A stretch of DNA of 62,970 nt, filler included, from Intoshia linei (GCA_001642005.1; 7 parts of 7 records of this genome joined end to end with filler, not necessarily neighbours in it), one strand, 5' to 3'; shown: positions 38,780-53,069, counted from the whole stretch's first letter. Translations and numbers: made by a program. The notes: generated by a model not told the origin, from the letters alone.

Positions 38780-41700
38780 CTTTTAAATTTGTATGTCCGG
38801 TATAAAATTTTTGATTTTGCTCTGTTTGGAAACATTATAGCCTTAAAAATAATATTAAGACAAATTAGCCATTATTATTTGACATAATTTAGGTGCACAA
38901 AACAAAAAATATTCATCAATAGTCCAGTGGCATATTTATGAATATAATAGTAGACAATTATTAAACTCATAACGTTTAATAGAGCGTAAATCTATATGAT
39001 AAAAAATATGATGGCAACGGACACAATTGACTACAAAAATAAGGTATAACGTCTAATAAATGTTAATTTAGTTGGACATAATTAAAATAATGATGAATAT
39101 AAACTTACTCCAAAAAGAGCTAGATATTTAGGCATATTTGGTATATTGAATTCGTCTAAATGTTATGGTTGAATGGTTAAATCATAATAATATTAAATTT
39201 AGTTTAATTAGTCATTACGATTAAATAGAAATTGTCAATAAGTTGATTAAAATTACCATACAAACGATTTATAGCAGAATTTGAGATTTTAATTTTTTCA
39301 TACTGTTTAGTAGTCATTAAAGCAAAATATGCATAATTTACAAAAGCATAAGTGAGTAAAAATCTGATTGTAACAATTACATCAACATAATTAATATTTG
39401 TAATACATATAAACACCACAGATATGATTGTTACTAATAGAGTAGCTAAAACTGGTATGTTGTTGGGTCCTTTCTAAATGGTGATTTTATTTTTATATTA
39501 TATTCATTTTAAAATAACATTAATATACTGTATATCTCAGAAATGAGGAAAATGGGATTGCATTGACTTCAGCTATCAATTGTATTATTCTTGGTGAACC
39601 ATACAAACTAGCCATACTACATGATATGGATGAAATGTACAATCCAGCAAGAAATAATACTCGAACTCCAGATATCTAAAGCATAGATTATTATACTTAT
39701 CTATGTAGTTTATGTTATTATATATTTATATATATTTTTATTAAAACTCAATTAGTGGAAATTTCTTTACTTACTTCTTACTTTTAATTTTTTTTAAATT
39801 CTGGGTTTATTTTAATTTTTTAAAAAAAGAGTAATTTGCGGTTTTTATCCTGAAGACATAACTTTTTTAATTTGAAATTAGAATAAGACTATATTCTTTT
39901 AAACTATAGGACTCGTTTATTATTCAAAAAAAAGGATAATTAGAGTTTTTGACCGGTAAGATGTACATAACATGTATGTTTCTGAGATTGAAATTTAACT
40001 TAATTTTACTACCGGAAAAAAATGTAATGAAAGTTTGGAATATTTAAAACTCCAAGACCCTTTGTTATTAAAATAAAGGATAATAGACAAACAAACAGAC
40101 ATACATGCACATAAATAATTTTATATATCTTGGGAATCCTAACTTAGGATATACATTATTATTAAAATATATAAAAAATTTATATTTTATATAAATTTTA
40201 TTCCATATTCTACAATTAGGCGTTTATCCCTTAAGATATGAACTTCTGTTGTTTAAATTTGTGATATTTAATCACTGGTGAAAATATTATTAGAATTCAG
40301 GTCTGTTTACATTCTAACTTTTAAATTAATGCTTTTATATAAGCCGTAACACACAGACACACATTCAGTTTTATATACAGTGTTATGTATTTATATATGT
40401 ATTTATTTTATTATTATGTATATTACGTATTTATTATATCCTAATTTATATAAAATTATTTAATTTATTCTTTATCTTTGTGTCTGTTATCGTTTATTTT
40501 AGTAATTAAGAGATCTAGATTGTTAACAAACATTTAATAAAAGACCATCATTAATACAGATTTTTTCAGTTGAAATACATATAAAGTTTCAATGTCACAA
40601 AGTTAAGCCTTCATGGTAATTGGTAATTCATGGTAACAAAAAAGCAATTTACAATTTAAAACTATTTTTTTGAAATTATTTCTTTCAAAAAAATTGATAT
40701 AATATCTTGAGACGCTCAGAAACCACTCCTTTGGTAAAGAATTGGCAATATTGAATAGTAGCATAATTACGCAAAATTTTATTTTTTGGTAGAATTAAAA
40801 TAGTATGCCATCGACAGAGCTAGGTTCTGTTTTTATAAAGTAAAAAAACAGTTAAGCTAGTAATAATAAATACGATATGGTATAAAAGCTTTTCTCACCG
40901 GGTGGCAACCCGTTAAGGAAATTTTTATTTTTTTACAATTACAACTGTGACTTCAATGAGGGTTTCGATATATAGAGTTACAAATATTGAGAACCACTAC
41001 AGTACACTGCAGTTCTAGCAGGAATTGCTCAGTATGGATAAACCAACAATGTAGTGTAAATAAGATTAATAATCTTATTTATTTTATGGTCTTATTTATA
41101 TCACATAATTATTATTACTTTAACCAATATCATATAATCTGATCGAAGTTCATTGCGAGAACATGAAAATCCAATTATTAATACAAATAGTATATAAAAT
41201 ATGGTACTAAAATATAAAATGGATTAATGTAAATCAGTGGTTCCCGATTAAAATAGTGTACCGACCCCAATTCAAATCTTTATTTTTTTGACCCAAAGGA
41301 AAAATGAAATATAAACCATTTATGTAAAAATTAAAGGTTTTTTCTCATATTAATGTTGCATTTGGAAAAATCGTGTTTTTAAAAAAAATATTGGAAAAAG
41401 AGTATATTTTCCTAAGCGTTGTTAAAATTAAATTTTTTATTTTGTGTTTTAGATTAGGAATTTGTTGCTCATAAGATTTGATAAAATCGGATTTTTCTAA
41501 AAAATATTTGAAAAAGAGGATAAATTGAGATTGCGTTGGTAAAATTGGATTTTTATTTTGGAGTTGGATTAAGAGGTTTTTCTCATAAAATTTGGTAAGA
41601 TCATGTTTTTCAAAAAGATTGTAGAAAGGTGATTTGATTAAGTGAATTTTTCAAAAAATTATCGATACAATTATATTTTTCATTAAATTTTATTTATGGT

Positions 41701-44700
41701 GCGATAAAAGTGGGATTTTTTAAATAATAATTTAGCCGTGTGATAGGCTTTGGAATACATTCCCAATTTATGGACGGCCAAGGGGTTTAGTTACCCCAAT
41801 GGGAAACCACTGCTTTAAATGGATATGCAAAATATAAATATTCTCGTAGTAAATTAAATTTAAAATGTAATATAATTCACTTTTAACGTGATATTTTATT
41901 AGAGTAGTTCAGAATAATCTACAAAAAATTGGTATTAAGCTAATAATTCACTCGATATGGCAATTTATCGATAGAAAAATACTAAAAATCAATAAACTAA
42001 ATTTATTAAATATACACAATGTGTATTACACATACAATTATCTTTATATATTTTAAGATTGTCCACAATTTTATTGTAAAAAAATTTCAGTCGATTTAGA
42101 ACAGAATCGAGACGTTCTGCATCTCGTGAGTCACTTTTCTATATAAAAAAATTCTAATGACCCCGTTTGTGAAAATTTATAAATGATATAATGAAATAAA
42201 ATTAAACTTAGACATACAAATTTGTTGAACTCAATGTGATTTATGATGTTGATACTATATATTGATTAATAAAAATTTAAAAATAAATAATTTACATACT
42301 TAGTATTTACTCAAAGAACCACCAAAATTATTATGTGGGTCACTGGTTGTCGACCCCTGATTTAGAACATACTCAGTATTATTTAAACATGTATATTAAG
42401 CATTTTATCTCTTTACTTATACCTTTTATTGTTATTATTATTTTACGAGGTTATAATGACGTATTAAATTGACATTCTCAAAATATATATAAAAATTTAC
42501 TAAAAATTATAATTGATGGATAATTTTTTTCGTTTGTCAATACGATTATTAACGGAAAAATTATAATAATAATACCTAATACATATAGCAGATAAGGTAC
42601 CCACTGCAATATTCTTATGAGGATGTTTTAGATCTCCAGCCATATTAATACCGGTTAGTATACCTGTAGCAGTAGGAAAAAACACACCGAATACTGTATA
42701 TAAATTTTCATTGTCTTGATAATCAGGATATAAATTATTCATCAATTTTTCATAACTATATTGATAATTTGTTTCATCTAAAATAAATAATAATTTATTA
42801 ATATTGTAATAGTGTATACGGATTATACCCTAGCATTTTTGGAATATAATTATTTTATCAAAACTATTTTACGTTTCACCAAAATGCCTGCCGTTCGTCC
42901 TTGATTCTTAAATAAGTGTGACACCCTAATACGGGCATACTAAATTTTCAATTCAAAAAGCGATTTTCCATCAAATAAATTTTAGAATAATAAAAAACTT
43001 TTTTATGTGCCATTTATGAAAAAATTATAATTTTAATATAATAAAATTAATTAGTGGGAATTTTCACTGATTTTCGGGGTAGGGGGTTCAAATATTGTAG
43101 ATTCAGTTTTGAAAAGGCGAATCACTTTTTAAAAATTATAAAAATTTCACTTTAGTTCTATATTGATTTATATTTAACCGAAAAATAAAGTTTTGGCAAA
43201 AAAGATACCATTTTCTCAGGGCTGTGGAGAGCTAGCAGTAGGCTCGAGTCAGATGTAAATTGTAGGTGCCATATAAAAAGATGTTTAAGAATGGGACGTA
43301 TATGCAATGCATATTATACATTGTTTAATCGATCATTTATTGTCTAAAAATAAAAAATAACAGTTAGAAATCGCATTGGTCATCATAAAATTTCCCAAAA
43401 ATACGAAATCTTATAATATTATCCATTAATAAATTAAAATAATACCCATTTTATGATTTAGACTTGGTCATGTAGTCCCTTAGCTCATCTCCACGGTCCT
43501 CCCAGCGCAATTAAAACCTATACGCAATGTATGATATTAAAAAATTACATGGGTACCCTGAAAAGATATTTTGAACTATTGAGTAGTAGAGTATATCTAC
43601 ATTTACGTATATAAAAAAGTTTACAACCGTGTTTCACTATTATTAATCTTATTCTGTTAATTAATATTAATCTGTCCTTACTGAATTATTATAGTACCTG
43701 AAAAATTGTTCAATAGTGAGCCCAATATAAAATCAATTGATGCCATTATGAGAATCAATAGCAAAGACAATTGAAGTCTTATTACCCACTTTACTCCCGC
43801 AAGGTTGATGGCTAAATTAAAAATTATATTAATAAGCATATTTTATTAATTACATTATTTTGATGTACCTAATAATAAAATGACAACTAAGATTGAAATA
43901 CATTTTGATATCCAAATATTATTTAGATTTTCAATTATCAAAATCATTGAATCACCAAAACCAATCATGTATAAAGAGCACGCCACAGCCTATAAATATA
44001 ATATATTACATATATTTCGAATCTTTTTAATCAAATTGAAAACAGCAAAAAAGAGTTAATCATAAGATTTAATTGAAAAATTTTTTTTAACGTGTTTATC
44101 ATAGGCTTGTATTTATAGCGTCAGTATTTGAATCCGTAAACTTTACGGCGTAAAGTATCAGTGTTTTATATAGTTTGTCAGTAAAAATATTAAATTGTCA
44201 GTTGATATGATAAATTTTTATTATTTTAGGTGCTAGTTGACAAGGTGTCAATATAAATAATTTATTGTCAGTATTTAAATAGGTTTAAAAGGTTAGTGCA
44301 GTGAAAAAAATTATTTTTTCAGTACTTTAAATAAACTGTCAGTATATCCTTGACTATACAGTATATACTGACAAATATGTAATTGAATACTGAATATTGA
44401 ACTGACAAAATAATTTTATTACTGACATTTTAATATTTATACTGATAATTTTTGTTGAAAATACTGAAAATTTTTTATTAAAATACTGACAGTTTCGGTA
44501 ATTAAATAGTGAAAAATAAAATACTTCCCTTTATCATACTTCAATTGCAAAATACATGTACAATTATAGTTACATTTTGATTAATTTAATTATAAATTTC
44601 AATTTCATTATGAAGTATTTATTATTATACTTATTATTATTATTAATTTTATCATTAATGTTAATAATATATACATATAATAAATCACTAATCTGTAGTT

Positions 44701-47209
44701 GTAGTTTTAATTTAAATTTTATACAAAATGTTATGGAAACGAGAATTTGAGAATTAAAAATTGCGTAGCAATTAAAAAAATTCCGAAGAAATGAATTATA
44801 TAGATTTTTACTCATATTTCTTTATTAGAAATGTGTAGGCTTTCAATGTACATTTTTTTTAAAATTGTAGGATCAATATTTACATTTTCAATTTTTATTT
44901 GAATCGAAATATTTGAAAAATATTGGTTAATAATATATTAAAAATTATTTTTCACCCGGGAATGCGTAGATTTCTCAGGTTAAAATTTTGTATATATATT
45001 AACTGGAATAAGCTCTATCAGAATAATTTTTTTTAATTTTCGCACGGTTAATTATTTCACATTTTTTGTTTTAATATGATATTTCCGGAAAAAAATATAT
45101 GAATGCTAAAATACTTTTTTGACCGTGAATGCATCACTTATTCAGATTGAAATTTTTTGTGTGTTAAAAGGATACAACTGTACAACCTGTAATTTTTTTA
45201 AATTCTAGGACTGTTTTCATTAAAAAAAAGGTAATTTGTGGTTTTGGCCCTGAAGATATATTTTTTTTAGAATTTAAATTATGGTAATGTTTATGATTTT
45301 AAAATCCGTATCAGCGAATATATTATTTTTTTTAAATTCTCCAATTTGTTTGATTTTCAAAAAGAAAGACAACTAGGGTTTTTGGCCCGTAAGATGTGAA
45401 ACTGAGAGGTTGAAATTTATCTTAATATACGTTCCAGAAAAAACTGTAATTTAAATGTAGTCTTTAAAAAATTCTTATACTGGTAATTATTTATATAAAG
45501 CGTAACACACACACAAACAAAAATAGCGTAGCATATATAAATAAGGATGTATTTTAAATTATATTTTGAATACATTATATTAAAGTAGTACAAATTACCT
45601 GACCAAAAGCGTATAAAAGACCAATGGATGCTGCCAATTTTGTTCCCAAGACTTGAGATAACAATGAAAACATTCCTCCTTTACCAATAGTAATATACTT
45701 GCATATACAAATTGCACTATATGCAGATAATGATGCTACCAAGGCTGTAAATATAATAATTCCAATTGATACTAATATTCCAGCATTACCCTAATAATGA
45801 ATTAAAATTAAGGTTAAATACAATTTAACAAATAGTTAGTGCCACACAGCCCTAGCAAACTCTTCACTAATCTGAACTTTGGGTTTTGAAAATAAAATGA
45901 AATTTGTGATAAAACATCAATATTGAACAACTGTATTATAAATGGTTATTCTTAAAACTCTACGTTTATTACTTTCTATAATAAATGGTAACAGACAGAT
46001 AAATTGACAAATAAATAAATAAACTGACACATTTTTACATTTTAAACATATTTACTTAAATAATTACATTGTTAGTATTAATGTAGTTTTATGTTGATTT
46101 TTTTGTATATGTCAATTTACTTTGTTTTATTAATATAAAATTTCTCCGGTAACCGGCGTTTGTGAAAAATCATTTTATGATGATGGACAGAAATTTTAAA
46201 ATAAAATATGGTCCACAGCGAAAAAAAAACTTGAGAATCTCTAATCTAAACTAATGGTTAATTGATTTTATCCATAATTACTTGATTAATGATTCAAAAT
46301 TTATCTCATTTTTAATGGGTTTATAACGCCCGTCTATATAAGCATTATTACTGTAGCCGGGGCTAACCTACCGAGCTTGAGGCATCTCAAAAATCAAAAA
46401 TAGAGAATAAAAAATCATAAACGACGCGCAGCGTCATAGAGCCATTAGCCACCTCTCTAATGCTATTAACGTGACATTTAAATTTAAGATACACAACAGT
46501 GATGATTTTTTAAAAGGCACAATGTGGAAAAAATAATTCCCATTTACCAAAAAATTTTGTGGAGATCATTCCCGAGGAGAGATAAGGCGATAGTTAAAGA
46601 CCATTCATGCTTCTTTTTATATCTTTTTCATTGATTTTAACGTATATCTTATCATAAATAATTAGATCAGTTATCTCCTTATGTTTAAATTTAGTTTAGT
46701 TTAATTTATATAATAATCAGATTAAGAGTACATTTATCTGAGGTAAGGTTTATTGCTGATCATCAAATTAAATAGATAAATTCTCACGTTTTTCTTTTAA
46801 AGTGTACTGTGGTATATAATAAACTATGTATGATTTATAGTAAACCATATGCAAATATGATGAACCACGTGATACAGAAAAACTAATTTTATCATCTTAT
46901 TCATGATTTTACCAAAACCAATAAATTTCTCTACAAGGTGCACTAAATTGAACGCTGGTATTCAGGAGAAAGTTATTTTTTTGTTGGACTGTGTAATTAT
47001 TATTATTCTGATACAGTTTATTCCACTGAATCTAGATTTAAAATTTAAATATACCATACCACCATCCAACCGGTTCTCAAAAAGATGATGATACCAAATA
47101 TGTTTATAATACACGACGTGAAAACCCCGTCCCATGTTCCAAATAACATTGGTTGTTTAATGAAAAAATTTGACTTCCACCATGGGACACTTGCTTTTTC
47201 TTTATTGGA
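38780..47209 (-). CDS. SLC12A8: Solute carrier family 12 member 8 (CCC9-like); contains an in-frame TAG at 38992-38994
   Basis: [42 protein letters not shown]|GNAG; [13 protein letters not shown]; [24 protein letters not shown]; YGSPRIIQ; KGPNNIPV; [11 protein letters not shown]. Start exon(s) upstream of 47209 and the exact end are uncertain. Confidence 0.9.
39780..40125 (-). mobile_element. Helitron family fragment in an SLC12A8 intron
   Basis: Reverse complement of the family 5' region; similar to 300-660. Confidence 0.55.
40439..40860 (+). mobile_element. Short complete non-autonomous Helitron (same family)
   Basis: a|TCCTAATTTATATAA ... gagctagg, hairpin ctgttttt..aaaaacag, CTAG|t. Confidence 0.75.
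41235..41812. mobile_element. hAT-like MITE with an internal repeat module
   Basis: cagtggttccc/gggaaaccactg ends. Confidence 0.6.
43217..43500. mobile_element. hAT-like MITE, second copy
   Basis: cagggctgtggaga...tctccacggtcct; internal homology to 10833-11073. Confidence 0.6.
44104..44500. mobile_element. Foldback-like element with multiple TGTCAGT subrepeats (second copy ~51825-52212)
   Basis: Terminus ggcttgtatttatagcgtcagtatt matches the reverse complement of aatactgacgcgataaatgcacgcc at ~52188-52212. Confidence 0.6.
44700..45547 (-). mobile_element. Helitron family copy in an SLC12A8 intron
   Basis: Reverse complement of ~25865-26700; 5' TCC at 45547. Confidence 0.75.
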
Positions 47210-49659
47210 CTAAAAATTTTAAATGTATATTTATAATATTCGCTGTCTATTTCGCCAATATTCTATTATGCTAAATTAAAGCATAATAGATAATTTGACG
47301 AAATAGATAAAAGATAACGAATAAACGGTACATAATACTATTACTCTTTAGTAAATATTATTCGTACCTTTCACTCTCTTAATATTATAATAATTTTCAA
47401 AATTTGTATGGCAATGAAATTCAGATGCAGACCTTTTTGATTTTGATTTTTGATTTACAAGAAGTCTCGAAGCATAGTAGGTTTGAATCTCATGTCAATT
47501 GTGATATATTTAATTAATTTACATTCTTATAAAAAAATAAATATAGATGTTAATATTACAAATCTCATTTTATTGCTATTATGTTTTTATGGTCACCTAA
47601 TAAATACATAAATGCTGTATACGTAGATTAATTTATCGGCATATTCTTCCATTTTATATTATTAAATATAAACTAATTAGTTTTAATTATAGTAATATTG
47701 TAATTTAAATTTAATGGAAAAAGTTACCACATCTATAAAAGTGATTATTTTCCCTAAAAAGTTGTCACTTTTCTATAGTTTACTATACCAAGAAAATTAA
47801 ATTATTATAGAATAAATTTAATATGAAAATGATATATTCTCTACATCAATGCTCAACATTAAATGAAACCTCCAATTCTTTAAACAGTTCATTTTCAGCC
47901 AAGAGTGGAAAAGCATCAGATTTCATATAATTTTAGTAAATAAAATGTAAATTTGATTGGATTCAGCTTATTTCAATTTTTAATGTACATGCTCAATTTT
48001 AAACATGTGTTACAAATCATATAATTAATATCAACCTTATTGATTTGATACGATAAGATCATTTTTGTAAAGATTAAACTTATCTACAATGTAGATTTTG
48101 CATACTACATTCATTATTTACTCTATAATCATATAACCATTGGTTAGCAAAATAATAAAAATTATGCATTTTTAAATATTCCCAGATGATTATATTAAAT
48201 TCTAACTTATAAAAAGTATCAGATATATTTTTATATGTTTATACTGCATACAAACATGTAGATTTATAGATGATAGGAAGTACGTTTCAATGCTCTTATA
48301 ATTTAAAAATGAAAATGGTCCTAAAATTTTATGAAATACAAATTCTGCGATATTTTAAAAATAAAAAACATAATTATAAATCCCAACCTCAACAAAGTGT
48401 ATTTTTACGACCAAAACCACAGATTACCCTTTTTTTAAAAACAGCAAAATATTCCTAGATTTTAAAAATCATTACAGCTTATAAAGTTCTATCCAGTTAA
48501 CATACACAAAAAATTTCAATTCACAAAGTAGTGCCATTACGGTCAAAAAGACATTTTGGTATTCATTTTTTTTATGTGGTAAATATTTTATTAAAAAAAA
48601 ATTTTAAATAATGAATAGTAGTAGAACTGAAAATGTTATATATTTAGTTACTTATGTATTTAAATATATAATATAGTAATAGTTAATCGCAGTTTACCGA
48701 GAATATATAACATTATATTATTCAGATAAAAGAAATTTAGAGATGGAGAGTTGCCATCATGATCATTACATGAATAATGAAGCTTCAATCGTATCATCGT
48801 GTTCGCATTGAATCTTTTGATATTAATCTGTTGATGTTTATTAATTCAAATTAATATAAATTATAACAGTTGGATGATAATTAACATTTCTATAAAATAA
48901 ATATAATTTTAAATAAATATATTTTTTTAATTTTTTTATCAAATATATGGTCAAATCGAGTTATTTAGATAAACTTAAATTTCTCTGATGGAATATTCTT
49001 TGGTGTCATCTATGCTACCAGTTTATGGGATCATATCGACGGAAAAATCTAATGGAATTTATTTTTTGGGATTAGTCTGATTGTGAATCATTTTTGTTAT
49101 ATACATTTACTGATATAAATAACTAAAAATAAAAATACAGTACAATCTCGATTATGTAAATTGTACAACGTTAAATTTTAGTTTATTTAGAGTTAAATGT
49201 AAAATCAAAATTACAACATTAAAGTGCTTTCATCGGAATTATATGTTGCGATCTTATCCTTTTAAAAAAAAATTGCGCCAATTAAGAAAAAGGAGAACAA
49301 GCGCGCGAAAACCTTAAAATTCAAAAAGGGTAGATTTTTTTACAGTCATTTTTTTATGGGTTTTCAACTATTCTCTTCAAGGTAGGGGTTGAATTTTATC
49401 GAAGCGAAAATTTTGTTAAAAACGAACAGCTCTAATATACATATATCTATATACGTTTACGTAATATAAAATGTAAAGTGTACATACATACACTGCGTTC
49501 CAAGTTATTATGCTTATCAAAATTTAGGATAATTATGGGTAAATCAACATCACTTACTGNNNNNNNNNNNNNNNNNNNNNNNNNNNNNNNNNNNNNNNNN
49601 NNNTTAATTAATTAANNNNNNNNNNNNNNNNNNNNNNNNNNNNNNNNNNNNNNNNNNNN

Positions 49660-51295
49660 ATGTATCATTACATTTCATATTTAACTCAATGTTCTTTTCA
49701 ATTGCATCTAAATTATCAACACTTTGAATTGATGAACATTTATCAATTGCAACGTATGTAGTATCCGAAAAAGAATCCAAATCTGAATCAATTTGTTTAA
49801 TGATGATTGGTGTTTTTCTAATGGGTATTTTACTCTTTAATTTATTATTTTGGATAAAATTAATTTTTTGAGTTTTTTCTAAATCTATAACTATTTTTTT
49901 GTATTGTAATTCGTTTCTGTCTTTTTCCGTCAACTAAATTTTAATTTAATTTTAAATTTAAGGCGTTTGAATGTAAAAACTGAAAAATTAAACAAACCAA
50001 TGGTGGCAAATAAAAATCATCATTGTGAAATGCAAGAGATAATATTTTTGAATCTCTAGTTCCTTGTAATGTATTTGTCATGTTCAAAATATTATTTATG
50101 TTTAACTTAATATTTAAAAAATAAATCTAAATCGAGTTATATTAGAAACAATATAAATTATAATAAATAAAATATTCAGATTCTGAAGATTTAAATAATT
50201 ATATTTAAATTAACAATTAATTTTTATTTTCAACATCTATAATATTTTGATAATATTCTTTATTCATATTGATCTGTTTCATAATAAAATCTGCATGGGG
50301 ATGTACAAGCTGAGACCAAATGTCCGATATAGGTATAACAATTCCATTTATAAAACTAATCTAAATGAATAAATTAAATTTTATAAGTAAATTATTGCAG
50401 TGGCCGCTAAGATTTTTGACTCGCGGCTCAAATAACCAAAAAACCTAGTTAATTTGACATTTATCCGAATTGAAACAAGGTTTCTAATAACCAGATATGA
50501 TACATTAAAACCAGCGTAATTTTAAAATGAATAATTTTTTATTTTTGATTCCCAATTTAAATTCATTATGTAGAATCAAATTTACCTGATTCATTTCAAT
50601 GCTAGCAGTTTCTCTATCACACATGAGGATGGTTGTCATACCTAGGGATTTTTCAATGTCTCCTTGACTAAAAAACTCTGCCATTATACCTTTTACCCAA
50701 TGCTGATAAACTGGCAATTCCATAGTTGGATTTGCCAGATCAGCGCAATGTACAAGGTATTTTAGTACAATGATTTTTTCGTCATTTTTAGTTATAGAAA
50801 TTTCGCCATTTTTGTCAACCTTAGTTTCCAAAATTTTTGTCATTTCTGAAACTAAATTCATGTGTTTGGACATATCGGTAGCTAAGACCTAAATGAATTA
50901 ATTTTAAACAATCAAAATAATAAATCTAATCACTTTTATATTTAATTTTTAGTTTTATAAACATTTCATTAAATTATTAATTACAATATATATAATTGCT
51001 CTCCGAAATTTACTTTTCTCGTTAATGGAAAAAGATTTGATAAAATTCAAATCCTCGTTTGGTAATTATGCAAATGATGTGGCTAAATGATGGTTTTCTA
51101 AAATTGAATTGTCGTTGTATAAAATGGCAAATTCAAGATCTAAATTTTACATGAATTAAATTTTCAATGTTTTTTATTTTTATTCAGAATAATTTACTTG
51201 TTTTGCTTAAAAAATTATACGATAATTCTTTATGATCAACATCATGAATTGTTGCAGCAAAAATTAATGAAAATAAATCCAAATTACTAAGAAAT
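49660..51295 (-). pseudogene. PDE4-like cyclic nucleotide phosphodiesterase catalytic domain, degenerate and 5'-truncated
   Basis: AATIHDVDH, LYNDNSILENHHLA, VLATDMSKHMNL, VHCADLANPT, EFFSQGD, MCDRETASIE..Q|ISFI. In-frame TAA at 51066-51068. The conserved HPGVSN motif reads HKELSY. No upstream YHNxxH exon was found. Confidence 0.7.
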
Positions 51296-53069
51296 TTATA
51301 AATATAAGTTCAACGTAGATTGATTAAGTCTTAATCATTAAGACAATGATAAGAAAGGCAAAATATTTATAATTTTTGATTTTTTAGATCAAAAAAGTAT
51401 TGGCCAAAGTGGTTAGCGCTAACGTCTATTCTGTAGAGCAGTTGTTCCAGATTTGGAGTCCTTTGACCCCTTAGTGTTCTAAACGATATGTCTGGGTCCG
51501 TGAAATTCAAATAAAATATCAACTTTTGTTTATTTTTAATATTTATTATAGAGTTGCCAGAGGTTAGGAATTTATCCTAAAGCCTAGAAAACCGCTACAT
51601 TATTATTTCAAAAATCCCAATTTTATCCCACCATCAATAAAAAATATCATTTCAAACCCTCAGGGAAAAATCGACTTTTACCGAAATTTTAATATACTTT
51701 TAACAAACCTTATGAGAAAAATCCCATTTTTTCAAAAAATCAGATTTTACCAAATCTCATGAGAAAAAATCTTTAATTGTTTCATAAATATTTTATATGG
51801 GAATTAATTAATTTAATTTATTTTATCAGTATTTAATTAAAATGCTGAAATTTTTTAATAAAAATTTTCTATATTTTCAATATAAAATTGTCAGTATACA
51901 GTGTATACTATACACACTAAAATATCAATAATAAAAAGTATTTTGTCAGTATTCAATTTCATATTTGTCATATTGTTTATACATATTTCATTTTATACAG
52001 AACATTCAATTTAAATACCGACAGTATATGTAAAGTACTGACATAATATTTTTTTTTACTGCCCTTTCAATTTAAATACTGACAATCAATTATTTATACT
52101 GACACTTTATAAATTGTCGTCTAAAATACTGACAAACTATCTACAATATTGAAAAATCAATGTTTCTACTGACAAATCAATAAGAAAAATACTGACGCGA
52201 TAAATGCACGCCATTTTATATTCCATGAATCCTTAGAGGTCAAAAAAAATAAATGTTTTGAAATTTGGCTTCGTAATCTATTTGAATCGGGATACCACTG
52301 CTCTACAGCGATACATCTTAGAGCGACATAATTTTACATCATTTTAGAGTCCACAATTTGTTCTTCAGTAAGTTTTTTATTAACCAAATTTTTAAAGGTT
52401 TTAGAGATCCCTTAATGTAAAAAATATTTCCTTAAAAATGATATAAAATTATCTTCAAAATATTTAAAAAATATTTAAAAATTTTTGAAACAAAATTATC
52501 TTGAAAATCTTTTAAAATTGGGTAAAAAGAAAATTATTTTAAAAACACTAACCAAATTTTAAAAATAAATAAAAATAATAAAGATAACTTTAAAATTTCT
52601 AAAAATTAAGTGAAAAAAATTTCAAATTCCTAAAAACTTTATCAAAATTATCTTTAATAAAATTGAAAAAATTATACAAAAAAATATCAAAGAAACCCAC
52701 AAAAATTTGGTCAAAAAATCTTAAGCTTAAGTTGTAACGCTCTAATAAGACATCGCTCAAATGAATCTTCGCCGTTATCGAAATAGATTTAAAAAAATTT
52801 CAGATACAATTGTAGTATAATAATTGCCAACTTTAAATAATTACAACATAGTATTTTCTTGAATTGATGAGGATGAAAAAAAGTTTGGCAAACGCTAGTT
52901 TAGGTAAATCGTGAAGAAAACGTGTTGGCTCTGGGAAGGGTCTCACGAGATAAATAATATAAATAATATAATTACATTAAAAACAATATTTTTGGGGAAA
53001 ATTTTCAATAAATGACAAGTCGTAAAAATTTACAGAATAAGGTCGTTTCGATTACTGGGCCACTGTATA

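Noticed and set aside
44556-44815. Hydrophobic ORFs on both strands
   Set aside because: AT-rich low-complexity intron/Helitron sequence giving I/L/F/N/K-biased translations.
38992-51068. Genome-wide stop-codon reassignment to explain the internal TAG and TAA
   Set aside because: TAA terminates FRG1, L2HGDH and TRMT11, and TAG terminates LINS. Long ORFs contain no internal stops, and the two cases correspond to different residues (W, L).
51400-51440. tRNA A-box-like tggccaaagtggttagcgc
   Set aside because: No B box or cloverleaf; at most a SINE fragment.
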